Assembly: GCA_029887795.1 (NCBI GenBank)
Contig: JARXPE010000001.1
Coordinates: 129,386 to 193,385 of the forward strand
Reading direction: 5' to 3'
Source of the DNA: Thermoproteota archaeon
GTDB taxonomy: Archaea > Thermoproteota > Methanomethylicia > Methanomethylicales > Methanomethylicaceae
Length of the DNA stretch: 64,000 bases
Shown piece by piece: positions 30,066 through 40,612 of the stretch (position 1 is its first letter; every line of letters begins with the position of its first letter). The notes below the pieces were generated by a model. That model had not been told where the DNA came from and did not search any database. It worked only from the letters and a program-made list of their open reading frames with translations. Position numbers and translations under genes: made by a program.

Positions 30066-31445
30066 TTAGGTTAAGGGCTGGTGCTTCCCTCGGGGTATGA
30101 ACCTTCCCATGCCCTTCTTGCCCACGAACTCTCTGTTGTAGACAACAGGTTTGCCCCTCACGAAGACGTGAACAGGCATACCCTTCACTGTGAACCCCTC
30201 GTATATCGAATAATCAATCTTTGAGTGGAGGTTCTTCTGGTTCAGCTCCATCTCATAATTTGGATCGAATACGACTATGTCCGCGTCGCTTCCCACGTTT
30301 AGAGTCCCCTTCTTGGGATAGAGACCAAAGAGTTTTGCAGGGTTGTATGAAACAACCTCAACAAGTTTGTTTAATGAGATCCTGTTTTTGGCAACTCCCT
30401 CGCTGTAAAGTATCGGTATCATCGTCTCAGTGCCAGGGACGCCGTTCGGCACCTTGGTGAAGTTGTCTTTTCCTAGATCCTTCTGGGCGTCCGTAAATGT
30501 GCAATGATCGGTGGCTACGGTGCTTAGTGTGCCGTTTGCAAGTCCCTCCCAAAGAGCCTCGTTGTCTGCCTTGCTCCTCAGGGGCGGCGACATTATATAC
30601 CTCCTGCCCTTCGGGGAGAGGTATTTCTCGTCTGTGAGAACAAGGTAGTGGGGACAAGTCTCCCCGTATAGGTTCGGGTAGAGCTTTTTCATCCTTGAGA
30701 GTTCGGCTACACCCTCTTTTGTGGACATGTGTACTATGTAGAGGTTCCCTCCAGCCGCTGCAGCTAGCGCAAGACCCCTATAAACCGCTTCGCCCTCCAC
30801 GAAGTTTGGTCTGCTCTTGGCGTGGTACTCCGCGGACAATTTTCCAGAGGAGACATGCCGCTCTATTAGGAGCTCCAGAACGGAATTGTTCTCTGCATGG
30901 AGCTGGACCAAGAACCCGAGTTTCTTGCTCTCCTCCAGCATCCGGTATATTCTGCCGTCGTCGCTCATCAGCCCCTCTTTTCTGTATGGCATGAAGAGCT
31001 TGAAACTTGAGACTCCAGCTTCCAAGACCTTTGGGATCTCATTTACGAGGTCTTCAGTTAGGTTTGTCACAGCCACATGTATTCCATAGTCAATGACCAC
31101 TTTGGGATCCGCCTTACCCCTCCATAGCATGATAGTTTCCAAGAAGGTCTTATCCTTCGGCTGTATCGCAAAGTCCAAGATTGTGGTGACCCCACCAAAT
31201 GCTGCCGCTATTGTGCCGTACTCAAAGTCGTCGACCGTAGTGGTCCCCATGAACGGCATCTCCATATGTGTGTGGGCATCTATGCCCCCGGGCATGACGT
31301 ATTTGCCTGAGGCGTCCACGACCTCTTCTGCTTTTTCAGTAATATTTGATGCGATACTCACAATCTTGCCGTCCTTGACGCCTATGTCCGCTTTGAATGT
31401 GTCCTTCGGTGTGACTATAGTTCCGTTCTTTATTAATAAGTCCAT
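30066..31445 (-). CDS. hydA: Dihydropyrimidinase
   Basis: GGIDAHTH, SFKLF, HAEN, VHMS, ETCPHYL, SPPLR, TDHC, PNG. Confidence 0.92.
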   Translation of the reverse strand: MDLLIKNGTIVTPKDTFKADIGVKDGKIVSIASNITEKAEEVVDASGKYVMPGGIDAHTHMEMPFMGTTTVDDFEYGTIAAAFGGVTTILDFAIQPKDKTFLETIMLWRGKADPKVVIDYGIHVAVTNLTEDLVNEIPKVLEAGVSSFKLFMPYRKEGLMSDDGRIYRMLEESKKLGFLVQLHAENNSVLELLIERHVSSGKLSAEYHAKSRPNFVEGEAVYRGLALAAAAGGNLYIVHMSTKEGVAELSRMKKLYPNLYGETCPHYLVLTDEKYLSPKGRRYIMSPPLRSKADNEALWEGLANGTLSTVATDHCTFTDAQKDLGKDNFTKVPNGVPGTETMIPILYSEGVAKNRISLNKLVEVVSYNPAKLFGLYPKKGTLNVGSDADIVVFDPNYEMELNQKNLHSKIDYSIYEGFTVKGMPVHVFVRGKPVVYNREFVGKKGMGRFIPRGKHQPLT

Positions 31446-31494
31446 TATAAAGCCTCCAATATTAATATAGAAAAAGAAGCGTTTAAACACTCAC

Positions 31495-32703
31495 CTATTT
31501 TGTGACCTTCTTCCATGTTATGCATCCAGGCACAGGACAGAGATGTGTGCATAGGGAGCAGGCGTCGCACTTCTCCTCGTCGACTTCAGCGGACTTGCCT
31601 TGCTCGAACTTGATTGCTTGGTAACCGCCATCGCGACATGCCACATAGCAAAGACCGCACTTTATGCATAGGTCCTTGTTGATGCTGGCCACGACAGTGT
31701 AGTCCTTGTTGAGTTTAGACCAAGCCGTAAGTCTGGGGAGAGTCTTACCAATGATCTCTTGGACGGATGAGAATCCTTTATCTGCTAGGTAATTGGTGAG
31801 TCCGTCGACAAAGTCAGAGATTATTCTGTAGCCCCTCCACATAACTGCGGTACAGACTTGGACGCTGCCTGCGCCCACGAGGAGGTACTCCACAGCGTCC
31901 TTCCAAGTGGTTATCCCGCCTATTCCTGAGACTGGGATATTTGTTGCCTGTGCGATTTGGGCGACGCATCTGAGACCTATGGGCTTGACGCCAGGTCCTG
32001 AGAGACCTCCAAAAGTGCTCATCCCGTCGACTGTGGGTATCGGCTCAAAGGTGTCAATGTTTATACCTATCAGGCCGAGCACGGTATTTATCGCAGATAT
32101 GGCATCGGCACCAGCCTCCTCAGCAGCCTTGGCGGTAAACGCGATGTCTGTGACGTTCGGGGTTAGCTTCACCATCACTGGGACCGAGGAGCCGCGCTTT
32201 GCCGCCTTTGTCAGCTTCTGGATTAGTTCTGTTCTTTGACCGATGAATGCGCCCATGCCCCGCTCAGGCATACCATGTGGGCAGCCAAAGTTCAGCTCTA
32301 GCATGTCGACCCCGGCTTCGCTCACCACTCTAGCTAGTTCTTCCCAGTCCTCCTCTTTGCACTCAGCCATGATACTGCCTATGAGTGCCTTTTCGGGGAA
32401 CTTCCTCTTGATCTCTTTAATCTCGTTAACCCATGTGCCAACAGGCCTCTTTGAGACTTCCTCAATGTTTTCGAATAGTATCATCTGCTTTGTCTCAAAG
32501 CCCATCACGCCAAATCTGTTCTTTAGGTCGTAGACAGGCGTCTTGTCCGGCTTTATTGTCTTGGTGACAGCTCCAGCCCAACCAGCCTCGAAAGCCCTCA
32601 TGATCATCTCACCAGTGCATGTCGGGGGCGCCGATGAAAGCAGGTACGGGCTCTCCAGCTCAAGGTTGCAGAATTTTACGGATATATCCGGTTTTGAAAC
32701 CAT
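31495..32703 (-). CDS. preA: Dihydropyrimidine dehydrogenase subunit PreA
   Basis: [28 protein letters not shown]-terminal 2x[4Fe-4S] motifs. Confidence 0.93.
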   Translation of the reverse strand: MVSKPDISVKFCNLELESPYLLSSAPPTCTGEMIMRAFEAGWAGAVTKTIKPDKTPVYDLKNRFGVMGFETKQMILFENIEEVSKRPVGTWVNEIKEIKRKFPEKALIGSIMAECKEEDWEELARVVSEAGVDMLELNFGCPHGMPERGMGAFIGQRTELIQKLTKAAKRGSSVPVMVKLTPNVTDIAFTAKAAEEAGADAISAINTVLGLIGINIDTFEPIPTVDGMSTFGGLSGPGVKPIGLRCVAQIAQATNIPVSGIGGITTWKDAVEYLLVGAGSVQVCTAVMWRGYRIISDFVDGLTNYLADKGFSSVQEIIGKTLPRLTAWSKLNKDYTVVASINKDLCIKCGLCYVACRDGGYQAIKFEQGKSAEVDEEKCDACSLCTHLCPVPGCITWKKVTK

Positions 32704-32722
32704 TTTTCTCACTTCCATAACT

Positions 32723-34084
32723 CTATTTCTTAGGACTCTTCCCTCCGGAGAGGAACTTGTCAATAGCAGCCGCAGCTTTCTTGCCCTCTGCCACTGCCTC
32801 GACCACAGTCTCACCGCCGTTTACGGCATCGCCTCCCGCAAATATGCCTTTTATGGAGGTGGAGAAGTTCTCGTCCACGACGATAAGCCCTTTTTCGGTC
32901 TTGACACCATAGGACTTCAGCAACTCTTCGTCTGGTTTCTGCCCGATTGCGACTATCACGGAATTTACATCGAGGCGGAACTCCGAGCCCTTTATGGGCT
33001 TTACCCCCCTCCTCCCAGATGAGTCGGGCTCGGTTAATTCCATCTTCACGCACTCAATTGCTTCCACGCTTTTTTCACCCAATATCCTGACGGGGGCGGT
33101 GAGCAACAGGAATTCGACACCCTCCTCCCTCGCCTGATTTCTGCCGTAAGGCACCGCAGGCATTTCTGCGAAAGACCTCCTATAGACTATGTATACCCTT
33201 TCTGCCCCGAGCCTCACAGAGGCGCAGGCTGCATCTATGGCGGTGTCCCCACCGCCGATCACTGCAACCCTCTTACCTTTGAGGTCGGGCGCCTTACCCT
33301 CCCCCATCAACCATTTTGCGACGGATTGTAGAAATTCCTGTGCCGGATAAACGCCATTGAGATCCTCGCCCGGTATACCAAGTTTTTGAGACTTTGTGGC
33401 ACCGATGCCCACGAAGACTGCATCATACTCCTTCAGGAGGGATTTGAGGTCAGTGATTTTCTTGTTGGTGACAAAGTTAATGCCATACTCCTTTATGAGG
33501 TCTATCTCAGACTCTGGGACGGACCAAGGTGCCTTCCAGGGAAGGATGCCGTAAAGTAGCAGACCACCGGGTTTGGGGTTTGCGTCAAAGACAGTGACGC
33601 CGTATCCCATGCGCGCCAGCTCGTATGCGGCCGATAATCCAGCCGGACCTGCGCCCACCACCGCAACCTTTTTGTTTTTGGAACGCGACTTCGGGAACTT
33701 GACGAGTCCTTTAAGCTTCTCTTTCTCGTAGGCGAACCTCTGAAGCATTGAGATTGCCACGGGCTCCTCGTTTAGGTTCCTCCTGACACATTTCGACTCG
33801 CAGAGTCGCTCAACCGGACAGACATAACCACATTCACCACCTAAGATGTTGCTTTCTCGTATCACCTTGGCTGCACCGTAGAAGTTTCCAGTCTTTATTC
33901 TGTAAATGAATTCAGGAATGTTGATTCCAGCTGGGCAGGCTGAGATGCATGGGGCGTCAAAGCACATGAGGCACCTTGAGGCTTCGTAGACCGCAAGTCT
34001 GTCGTCGAGATTTGAGACGTATGGAGCGAAGCTAGAAACCCTCTCATGCGGAGGAATGGTTTTAGTATGGACTCTACCTGACAT
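32723..34084 (-). CDS. preT: Dihydropyrimidine dehydrogenase subunit PreT (GltD-like FAD/Fe-S)
   Basis: RCLMCFDAPC...CP, CG.VCPVERLCE, GAGPAG, GGGDTAID, AGGD; directly upstream of preA. Confidence 0.88.
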   Translation of the reverse strand: MSGRVHTKTIPPHERVSSFAPYVSNLDDRLAVYEASRCLMCFDAPCISACPAGINIPEFIYRIKTGNFYGAAKVIRESNILGGECGYVCPVERLCESKCVRRNLNEEPVAISMLQRFAYEKEKLKGLVKFPKSRSKNKKVAVVGAGPAGLSAAYELARMGYGVTVFDANPKPGGLLLYGILPWKAPWSVPESEIDLIKEYGINFVTNKKITDLKSLLKEYDAVFVGIGATKSQKLGIPGEDLNGVYPAQEFLQSVAKWLMGEGKAPDLKGKRVAVIGGGDTAIDAACASVRLGAERVYIVYRRSFAEMPAVPYGRNQAREEGVEFLLLTAPVRILGEKSVEAIECVKMELTEPDSSGRRGVKPIKGSEFRLDVNSVIVAIGQKPDEELLKSYGVKTEKGLIVVDENFSTSIKGIFAGGDAVNGGETVVEAVAEGKKAAAAIDKFLSGGKSPKK

Positions 34085-34150
34085 AGAATTCGCTCCTGAG
34101 AGGATTAATGGTTAATAAGGGGTTTTAATTAAGGCTTTCGTGATAGAATT

Positions 34151-34837
34151 ATGGATCTCTCAGAAGGAAGGGTTGTAAAAGGTATCGTATTCGATCTGGA
34201 CGGTACACTAGTTGACTCCGTCGACTCTATTTGGAGGTCCTCTGATTACGTGCTAAGGAGTAATGGATACCGCGGGTTAGACCGTGAGGACGTCGTGAAG
34301 GTGATGGGTAAGACCATCTTTGACTTATTTCTGAGCGTGGAGCCCAGATTGAGTCCACAGGAGCAGCATAAACTGTTCGAGGAATATAGGAGAACTTATA
34401 TGAACTTCATAGAGCACACCAAGCTGATCCCTAAGGTAAGGGAGATCCTTCTGTTTCTAAGATCGAGAAGATTGAAGATGGCGGTCGTCACCACGAAGAG
34501 TAGGGAAAACGCCGAGAAGATACTATCCTTTTTCGGAATAAGAAGCTTCTTTGATTTGGTTATAGGATTTGAGGACGTTAGAGAACACAAGCCCTCGGCA
34601 GAGCCCATAATGAGGGCAGCTGAAGGGCTGGGTCTTCAAGCCTCGGAGTTGGTTGTGGTCGGGGACACCGAGGTCGACATCAGGGCGGGGAGAGAGGCGG
34701 GAGCATTAACGGTTGCCGTTAAGACGGGCGTAACTCCTTTAGAGAAGATTATAGCTGAGAGTCCAAACTTTTTGATTGAGAGTGTGTCGGACCTGCCTGA
34801 GGTTTTAATGCGAAACGGTATAGCTACGGGTGAGTGA
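34151..34837 (+). CDS. HAD-family hydrolase (phosphoglycolate phosphatase/PpaX-like)
   Basis: FDLDGTLVDS, VTTK, KPSAEP, VGDTEVD. Confidence 0.9.
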   Translation: MDLSEGRVVKGIVFDLDGTLVDSVDSIWRSSDYVLRSNGYRGLDREDVVKVMGKTIFDLFLSVEPRLSPQEQHKLFEEYRRTYMNFIEHTKLIPKVREILLFLRSRRLKMAVVTTKSRENAEKILSFFGIRSFFDLVIGFEDVREHKPSAEPIMRAAEGLGLQASELVVVGDTEVDIRAGREAGALTVAVKTGVTPLEKIIAESPNFLIESVSDLPEVLMRNGIATGE

Positions 34838-36119
34838 TGTTCTTTAGTATCTCATCGAACCGCCCTGCAGCAATGTCAATGTGTTCGCGGGTCAGGACCA
34901 ACGGAGGCTCTATTCTTATGACGTTGCCCTCTAACCCTCCGAGACCCACAAGGATCTTTTTCTTCCACGCTTCTTGCAGGAAGCTAACAGCTTCCTCTCT
35001 TGCGGGAACCTTTGTAGACCTGTCTTTCACCAGCTCGATCCCAAGAAAGAGCCCTATACCCCTGACATCTCCGATAATCTCGTATTTCTCCTGTAAGGAC
35101 TCCAGCCTGCGCTTAAAATATGAGCCGTTCTCCTTAACCTTTTCCATGAGACCGCCCGTTAGCTCCTCCAGGACAGCCTCCGCAGCAGCACATGCCAAGG
35201 CGTTTCCACCCAAGGTGGAGTAGTGCTCCCCAGGTCGAAGGGCTGAGTCGAGCTCCTCCTTGTAGATGGTTACACCGAGAGGGAGACCGTTGGCGATGGC
35301 TTTCGAGGTTGTCATCACATCCGGTATGATGCCATAGTGCTCAATACCCCAAAGTTTGCCTGTCCGACCGTTTCCAGATTGTACCTCATCCGCAATGAAG
35401 AGTATGGAATACTTGTCTAAAACCTGCTTGACTTCCTTGAAGTAATCAGAAGGAGGTATGATCATGCCACCGTTGGCCAGCATGGGTTCTGCCAATAGTG
35501 CTGAAATCGAGTCCCCCCCAACCTCGCATTTTATCACGTCCTCCATATACTTTACGCAGGCGAATCCACATTCGGGGCAGCTTCTATGCCCGAGCGGGCA
35601 CCTATAGCAATAGGGGTCGGGTGCAAACACCACTGGCGCGAATGGACCTAGTCCAACCTTCCAGCTTGACTGACCCAGAGCACTCATGGCGTAAAAAGTC
35701 CTGCCGTGAAACGACCTGTGTAGGGCGATTATGTAGGGTCTCTTCTTGACACGCTTCACGAGGGAGATCGCCGTCTCGTTGGCCTCTGAGCCGCTGTTCG
35801 TGAAGAAACTCTTGGTTAGGGCACCACCAGGAGAAAGTTCAGAGAGCCTTTTTGCAAGTCTTGCGGTGTAATCCAAGTAGTAGAGTGAGGATGTATGGAA
35901 GAGCTTGCGCATCTGCGCCTCAACTGCCCTGATTACACTCTGGTTCGACCAGCCCACATTGACTATGGATACGCCAGCGTATAGGTCGATGTAGGCATCC
36001 CCATCAATGGAGTAGACGATGTCATCAACAGCCCTATCTGGAACGAATGGATAGTAGTGCCTGTACATTCGCGAGAGGTAACGTTCGGAGAGGGCTATGA
36101 TATCTTTAGATGGGTTCAT
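34824..36119 (-). CDS. Class III PLP-dependent aminotransferase
   Basis: NSGSEANE, SFHGRT, ADEVQSGNGRTG, SKAIANG, STLGGN, DVRG.GL. Confidence 0.92.
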   Translation of the reverse strand: MNPSKDIIALSERYLSRMYRHYYPFVPDRAVDDIVYSIDGDAYIDLYAGVSIVNVGWSNQSVIRAVEAQMRKLFHTSSLYYLDYTARLAKRLSELSPGGALTKSFFTNSGSEANETAISLVKRVKKRPYIIALHRSFHGRTFYAMSALGQSSWKVGLGPFAPVVFAPDPYCYRCPLGHRSCPECGFACVKYMEDVIKCEVGGDSISALLAEPMLANGGMIIPPSDYFKEVKQVLDKYSILFIADEVQSGNGRTGKLWGIEHYGIIPDVMTTSKAIANGLPLGVTIYKEELDSALRPGEHYSTLGGNALACAAAEAVLEELTGGLMEKVKENGSYFKRRLESLQEKYEIIGDVRGIGLFLGIELVKDRSTKVPAREEAVSFLQEAWKKKILVGLGGLEGNVIRIEPPLVLTREHIDIAAGRFDEILKNITHP

Positions 36120-36179
36120 AAAACCACTCTGAAAATAAAGAGTGTGTATTGATGTTTATAAATTACGGAATTCTGGGAG

Positions 36180-36524
36180 TCACTTGGGAGGCGCGTTGAC
36201 TGCGATGAGCCACAGCGGTGTCTTTCCGATGTTCTTTATGGAATGGGGAACGTTTGGCGGAAAAACGAGGGCGTTGCCTGCCTTCACCTTGTACTCCTCG
36301 TTACCTATTGTGACCAGCGCCCTACCCTTCAGTATGTAGTAAGCTTGTTCGAATGGGTGGGTATGGGGATCTGCTCTACCACCAACCTCAAACTCAGACC
36401 TGAACATAGAGAGGTTCTTGCACCCAACATTTGCCTCCTCAAGTAAGACTCTAGTTATGCACCCATAGTGCAGCGGAGGGACAAAGGTGCGTGCTTCTTT
36501 TGGATCTATAACACGTTTCGTCAT
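36180..36524 (-). CDS. Cupin-domain protein
   Basis: PHTHPFEQ...G...PPNVPH cupin motifs. Confidence 0.9.
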   Translation of the reverse strand: MTKRVIDPKEARTFVPPLHYGCITRVLLEEANVGCKNLSMFRSEFEVGGRADPHTHPFEQAYYILKGRALVTIGNEEYKVKAGNALVFPPNVPHSIKNIGKTPLWLIAVNAPPK

Positions 36525-36678
36525 TTAAAACACCTTGAAGTATTTGGGCATCTAGGACTTAAATAAGTGTTGGCAAGAAATATGAGAAATTGCCACTTTT
36601 TGATGCTTTTTGTGTTATTGTTCGTTGCTAGTTGTTGGTGTTCGTATTTTTTGCTCATTATTTGCTAATTTTATGTCG

Positions 36679-37446
36679 TCAGAGTGGAATGAGAGCCCTT
36701 ATGTTGGAGTAGGTGATCATCTGGATGTCCCTTCCACCAACCCCAGCGCGGTCCAGGTAGTGGGCAACCCGTGGGAGGGAGAGCGGATCTGAAGGTTTGT
36801 TGCCAATATCGCTGTTGAGTACGATGCCCTCCGGACCGTTCTTTAGTATAACTTCATGGACGTCTTTTGGGGTGAGTTTGCCAGGTTGGACTGTCAGACC
36901 CACGTTGGCACCTATGGACCTCACCTTCGCCACTAGGTCGGGAGTTAAATGATCAATAATTACCCTAGCGGGATCTACATTCTCAGACTCGATGATTCCG
37001 AGGAGTTTGTCCACGATCTTTTCTTTGTTGTTCCTCGGGGTGTGCATGATCATTGGTACGGGGTACTCGTTTGCGATCCGAATCTGCTGGGTCAATACGT
37101 ACTCCTCTTCTTGGCTGCCAGTCTCTAGACCGACCTCACCGAGTGCAGAGGCTTTCTCGTTATCAAAGAGTGCGAGGATGTGGTCTAGAACTGCCTTGAG
37201 ATCCTCCTCGGGGATGGACCTCGGGTGAATGCCCACGGCAACCCTCGAGCTTATACCGTATGAGCTGAGTCTCATTGGCTCCTCTTCCATGACCCAACGG
37301 AACAGGTCACGCATGGTCGAGAAGCCCAATGGTTGAACAGGGAAAAAGGAGCAGATGATGACGCCTTCTACACCAGCGACGGACATAAGCTCAAGGTCTT
37401 CCGGACCCCTGAGGTAAGTATGGGTATGAGAGTCGATGAACCTCAA
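36679..37446 (-). CDS. TatD-related metal-dependent hydrolase
   Basis: DSHTH, GIHP, GEVGLE, HTPR, IDH, NSD. Confidence 0.85.
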   Translation of the reverse strand: MRFIDSHTHTYLRGPEDLELMSVAGVEGVIICSFFPVQPLGFSTMRDLFRWVMEEEPMRLSSYGISSRVAVGIHPRSIPEEDLKAVLDHILALFDNEKASALGEVGLETGSQEEEYVLTQQIRIANEYPVPMIMHTPRNNKEKIVDKLLGIIESENVDPARVIIDHLTPDLVAKVRSIGANVGLTVQPGKLTPKDVHEVILKNGPEGIVLNSDIGNKPSDPLSLPRVAHYLDRAGVGGRDIQMITYSNIRALIPL

Positions 37447-37540
37447 CAGAGTCCCCCATAAAAAATGTTTTGGGATATTGTTTTTAACTTTTAGATTTAA
37501 ATTGGCGGATTGTAGATTAATTTTGGATTTTTACTTTGGC

Positions 37541-37960
37541 TCAGAGGTATTTCTTGATCTCGGCTTCAAGCCCGCTCGCCCCTACAGCACCAACGAGGCG
37601 CCCCACTTCTTTGCCGTTCTTGAAGAATACGAATGTAGGTATTCCATATATCCCGAGCCTCTGGGGGACCTCGGGATTTTCGTCAACATTAACTTTTGCC
37701 ATAAGTGCCTTCCCTTCATATTTTTTGGCAAGTTGCTCAAATATTGGCGCCATTATCATGCAAGGTCCACACCACGAAGCCCAGAAGTCGATGACCACCA
37801 ATTTATCGGCCGTTGATACAAAAGAGTCGAATGTTTGATCGTTAAGTTCTACATAACCATGGCTCATTTTTTTCTCACCACCAGTATATTTCTTAGCCAT
37901 AATCTCAGAGAGTTTTCTGGCTTTTATCTTTTCAAGCTCATCATCAAAACTCTCGGACAT
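37541..37960 (-). CDS. trxA: Thioredoxin with N-terminal helical extension
   Basis: DFWASWCGPC, GIPT. Confidence 0.92.
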   Translation of the reverse strand: MSESFDDELEKIKARKLSEIMAKKYTGGEKKMSHGYVELNDQTFDSFVSTADKLVVIDFWASWCGPCMIMAPIFEQLAKKYEGKALMAKVNVDENPEVPQRLGIYGIPTFVFFKNGKEVGRLVGAVGASGLEAEIKKYL

Positions 37961-38026
37961 AGGCCTTCAGGCTTTTTTTTGAAATCGAGGCATATTTACT
38001 TTTTCTTTTTACTTATCACTTCTCCA

Positions 38027-39229
38027 TTACTTATTATTTATTTTGAAAAGGCTCGCGTCGGGTTTTAGGCGGAGGTATTTTGAGAAAGTCATAGCATCGG
38101 CATCCATTAGGAATGGTTTGTCGCATACTGGCTCCTGAATCCCCTTGGCACAGGACAGGCAGTCTCCATTACACCTTGGTATTGGCCTGAAATTTTCTTT
38201 CAGGTTTGACCTGAAGTATACTGGCACTATCTTCCCTTCGCAAACCTTGGAAGTCATAAACTCCGAGTTCATTCCTTTATAGCTTCGACCCACCCTCCGG
38301 AACTCCATACAAAGGGCGAAAGTTAACCCTTTTCTTGAGGAAAGGTCTCTCAGAGTACGAAAAACGCTTCTGCGATAGGATTCTGATGCCTGGTAGCTCA
38401 GACCTATACGCTCGTTGTAGAGCGATCGCCAAAGTTTGAGCGCATCTTCGCCAAATGACTTTACCACCCCGAGGAGCCTATCCAGGTATGATGGATTCAC
38501 ATCGCAGACGCTTGCTATTATATGGTCAGCGCCTCTTTCTTTTACAGCATCCAAAAGTTCAGAAAGATCTCGGAGAGAGTCGTTGATACCTGGCAGAATG
38601 GGATCGATCCTGACGACCACGTAGAGGTTGTGGTCCTTCGATTTCTGAATTGCCTTAAGCTGATCCTCGACTGTTGATCCTCCCGGAGATAACGCTTTGC
38701 GGATCTCTTCATTGAGGGAAAGGATCGTATATTGGCAAAAACAATGGTTGTATGGGTGCTCGGACATTCGCCTCAGTAGGCTGCTAGGAACTTTATAGCC
38801 ATTCTTGGTCACAAATTCGACCGGGAGGTCTAAATCGAGGAAGACTTTCATGCAGCGCTCGGAAAGGTGGTAGGTCTCTTCCAAGGGAGACTGGAATGGA
38901 TCAGTAACGGGTGAGAAGTACCCACATGAAGCGTAGTAGAGCTTGCGCAGCTCTTCGTTTAATTTTTTGTCAATATCTTTGAATACTGTGATGATGCCAG
39001 TTCTATTCCATTCTTCGAAATGTCCCCCGTATCCACGGGCATAGCACATGGGGCAGTTAATTGTACACCCATTATATGGGTTTATGAGGATTCGCTCAGA
39101 GCTGCACTCCCTCCTCCCAGACTTGTAGGGGAAGTACCAGCCATGGACCACGCTCTTTTTTGTGGGGACGAGTAGGTGAGGGACGGGCTCTGGGATAAAC
39201 TGAGGCATTATGTCGGATTTTTTTAACAT
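38027..39229 (-). CDS. Radical SAM protein, spore-photoproduct-lyase-like family
   Basis: NPYNGCTINCPMCYA, TDPFQ, TK, RIDPILPGIND; extra C-terminal Cys cluster. Confidence 0.8.
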   Translation of the reverse strand: MLKKSDIMPQFIPEPVPHLLVPTKKSVVHGWYFPYKSGRRECSSERILINPYNGCTINCPMCYARGYGGHFEEWNRTGIITVFKDIDKKLNEELRKLYYASCGYFSPVTDPFQSPLEETYHLSERCMKVFLDLDLPVEFVTKNGYKVPSSLLRRMSEHPYNHCFCQYTILSLNEEIRKALSPGGSTVEDQLKAIQKSKDHNLYVVVRIDPILPGINDSLRDLSELLDAVKERGADHIIASVCDVNPSYLDRLLGVVKSFGEDALKLWRSLYNERIGLSYQASESYRRSVFRTLRDLSSRKGLTFALCMEFRRVGRSYKGMNSEFMTSKVCEGKIVPVYFRSNLKENFRPIPRCNGDCLSCAKGIQEPVCDKPFLMDADAMTFSKYLRLKPDASLFKINNK

Positions 39230-39351
39230 CTAGGTCATCAATTTATAGTGACGAGATTGTTTAAAATTGTTTACCCATCGTCTTTATTATGAAATTATGA
39301 AAAATGAATTGGATGAAAAAGGCTGTAAGGTGGACTAGGAAAATCTGAGGA

Positions 39352-40284
39352 TCAGAGACGACACACTATGTCTTTCCTCAGATCAACACAGCCTATCAGC
39401 GCCAGGAGAACCCTTGCGTCCTCGGTGTTGACAACCCCATGAGCCCTCTCCCTCACTACGAGCTTTGGCTTGTATCCGATGCCGAGACCAACATTTTCTA
39501 TCATAAAAAGGTCGTTCGCACCGTCTCCAACCGCCACGCATGCCTCTAAGCCCACTCCAACCTTCGCGGCAATGGTTTTTATCGCCCTTAGTTTTGCTTC
39601 GGGACCAGTCATATATCCCTCAACCTCGCCCGTCAGGCGCCCATCTTTTACTATTAGCTTGTTGGAGAATACGTAATCGGCGCCTATCATCCTGCCGACA
39701 TGTTCGGCGGCAAAATCAAAGCTGCCAGTCACTATCCCTATCACGAAGCCAAGCTCTTTTAGTTTGGATATCAGCTCTTTGACCCCTGGGTTGATTTTTA
39801 TAGATGATTTTATCCGATCCAAAACCTCAACCGGAAGACCCTCCAATAGCCTGACTCTGGATCTCAGGGCCTCGAGGAAGTTCAACTTGCCTTCCATGGC
39901 GAGCTTCGTGATCTTTTTTACCTCTTCGCCAACACCAGCAGCCTTAGCCAGCTCCTCTATGACTTCCTGCTCTATCAGAGTCCCGTCTAGGTCGAATACT
40001 ATGATCTTCTTTCCACACCTGTAGCTCTGGCACGACTCTGCAGCCAGAGCCAACCCTACATCGTCACAGCTGTTCTTTAGGATGTTCAACAAGATGTCTC
40101 GTCTTATAACGGAGGTCTTGGTATCAACCACCATGATCATCAAAAACAGGTCGTTAAAGATTGTCGAAGCTCTCGTCTTTATAATGTTCGCGTGGAATCT
40201 GGCAAGGACCCCAGACACTGTGGCAACAATGCCTGGACGGTCTTTACCCAGTACTGTGATGACTAGTCTACCGTCCTCCTGCAT
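39352..40284 (-). CDS. serB: Phosphoserine phosphatase with N-terminal ACT domain
   Basis: GKDRPGIV ACT; FDLDGTLI, E.I.ELA, AMEG, GDGANDL. Confidence 0.9.
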   Translation of the reverse strand: MQEDGRLVITVLGKDRPGIVATVSGVLARFHANIIKTRASTIFNDLFLMIMVVDTKTSVIRRDILLNILKNSCDDVGLALAAESCQSYRCGKKIIVFDLDGTLIEQEVIEELAKAAGVGEEVKKITKLAMEGKLNFLEALRSRVRLLEGLPVEVLDRIKSSIKINPGVKELISKLKELGFVIGIVTGSFDFAAEHVGRMIGADYVFSNKLIVKDGRLTGEVEGYMTGPEAKLRAIKTIAAKVGVGLEACVAVGDGANDLFMIENVGLGIGYKPKLVVRERAHGVVNTEDARVLLALIGCVDLRKDIVCRL

Positions 40285-40534
40285 AATAGAAAGACACCTC
40301 TAGCCCAAGCTCGTGGCAGATGTATTCCAGCTTGTTACGAAAGGCGTTGAGATCCAGAGCCGCAGCGAGCTTGATGAGCATGGAGAGTATGAAAATTCCC
40401 TTCATTACAACTTGATCCATGTCCTCAATATTGCATCCGAACTCAGATATGACTGAAGAGATCTCGGCGATTAAGCCTGGGCGATCCGGCCCCACGGCAG
40501 TAATAACCATGTATCTATCAGCCATAGATGGCAC
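40268..40534 (-). CDS. Stand-alone ACT-domain protein
   Basis: VGPDRPGLIA...NIED..Q. Confidence 0.85.
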   Translation of the reverse strand: MPSMADRYMVITAVGPDRPGLIAEISSVISEFGCNIEDMDQVVMKGIFILSMLIKLAAALDLNAFRNKLEYICHELGLEVSFYYAGGR

Positions 40535-40612
40535 CGAGTGACCATCGAAGATTGTACAGAAAATCTAATTAAGTTTTCGTATGAATATTGGAAACATTGC
40601 GAGGGACGATGG

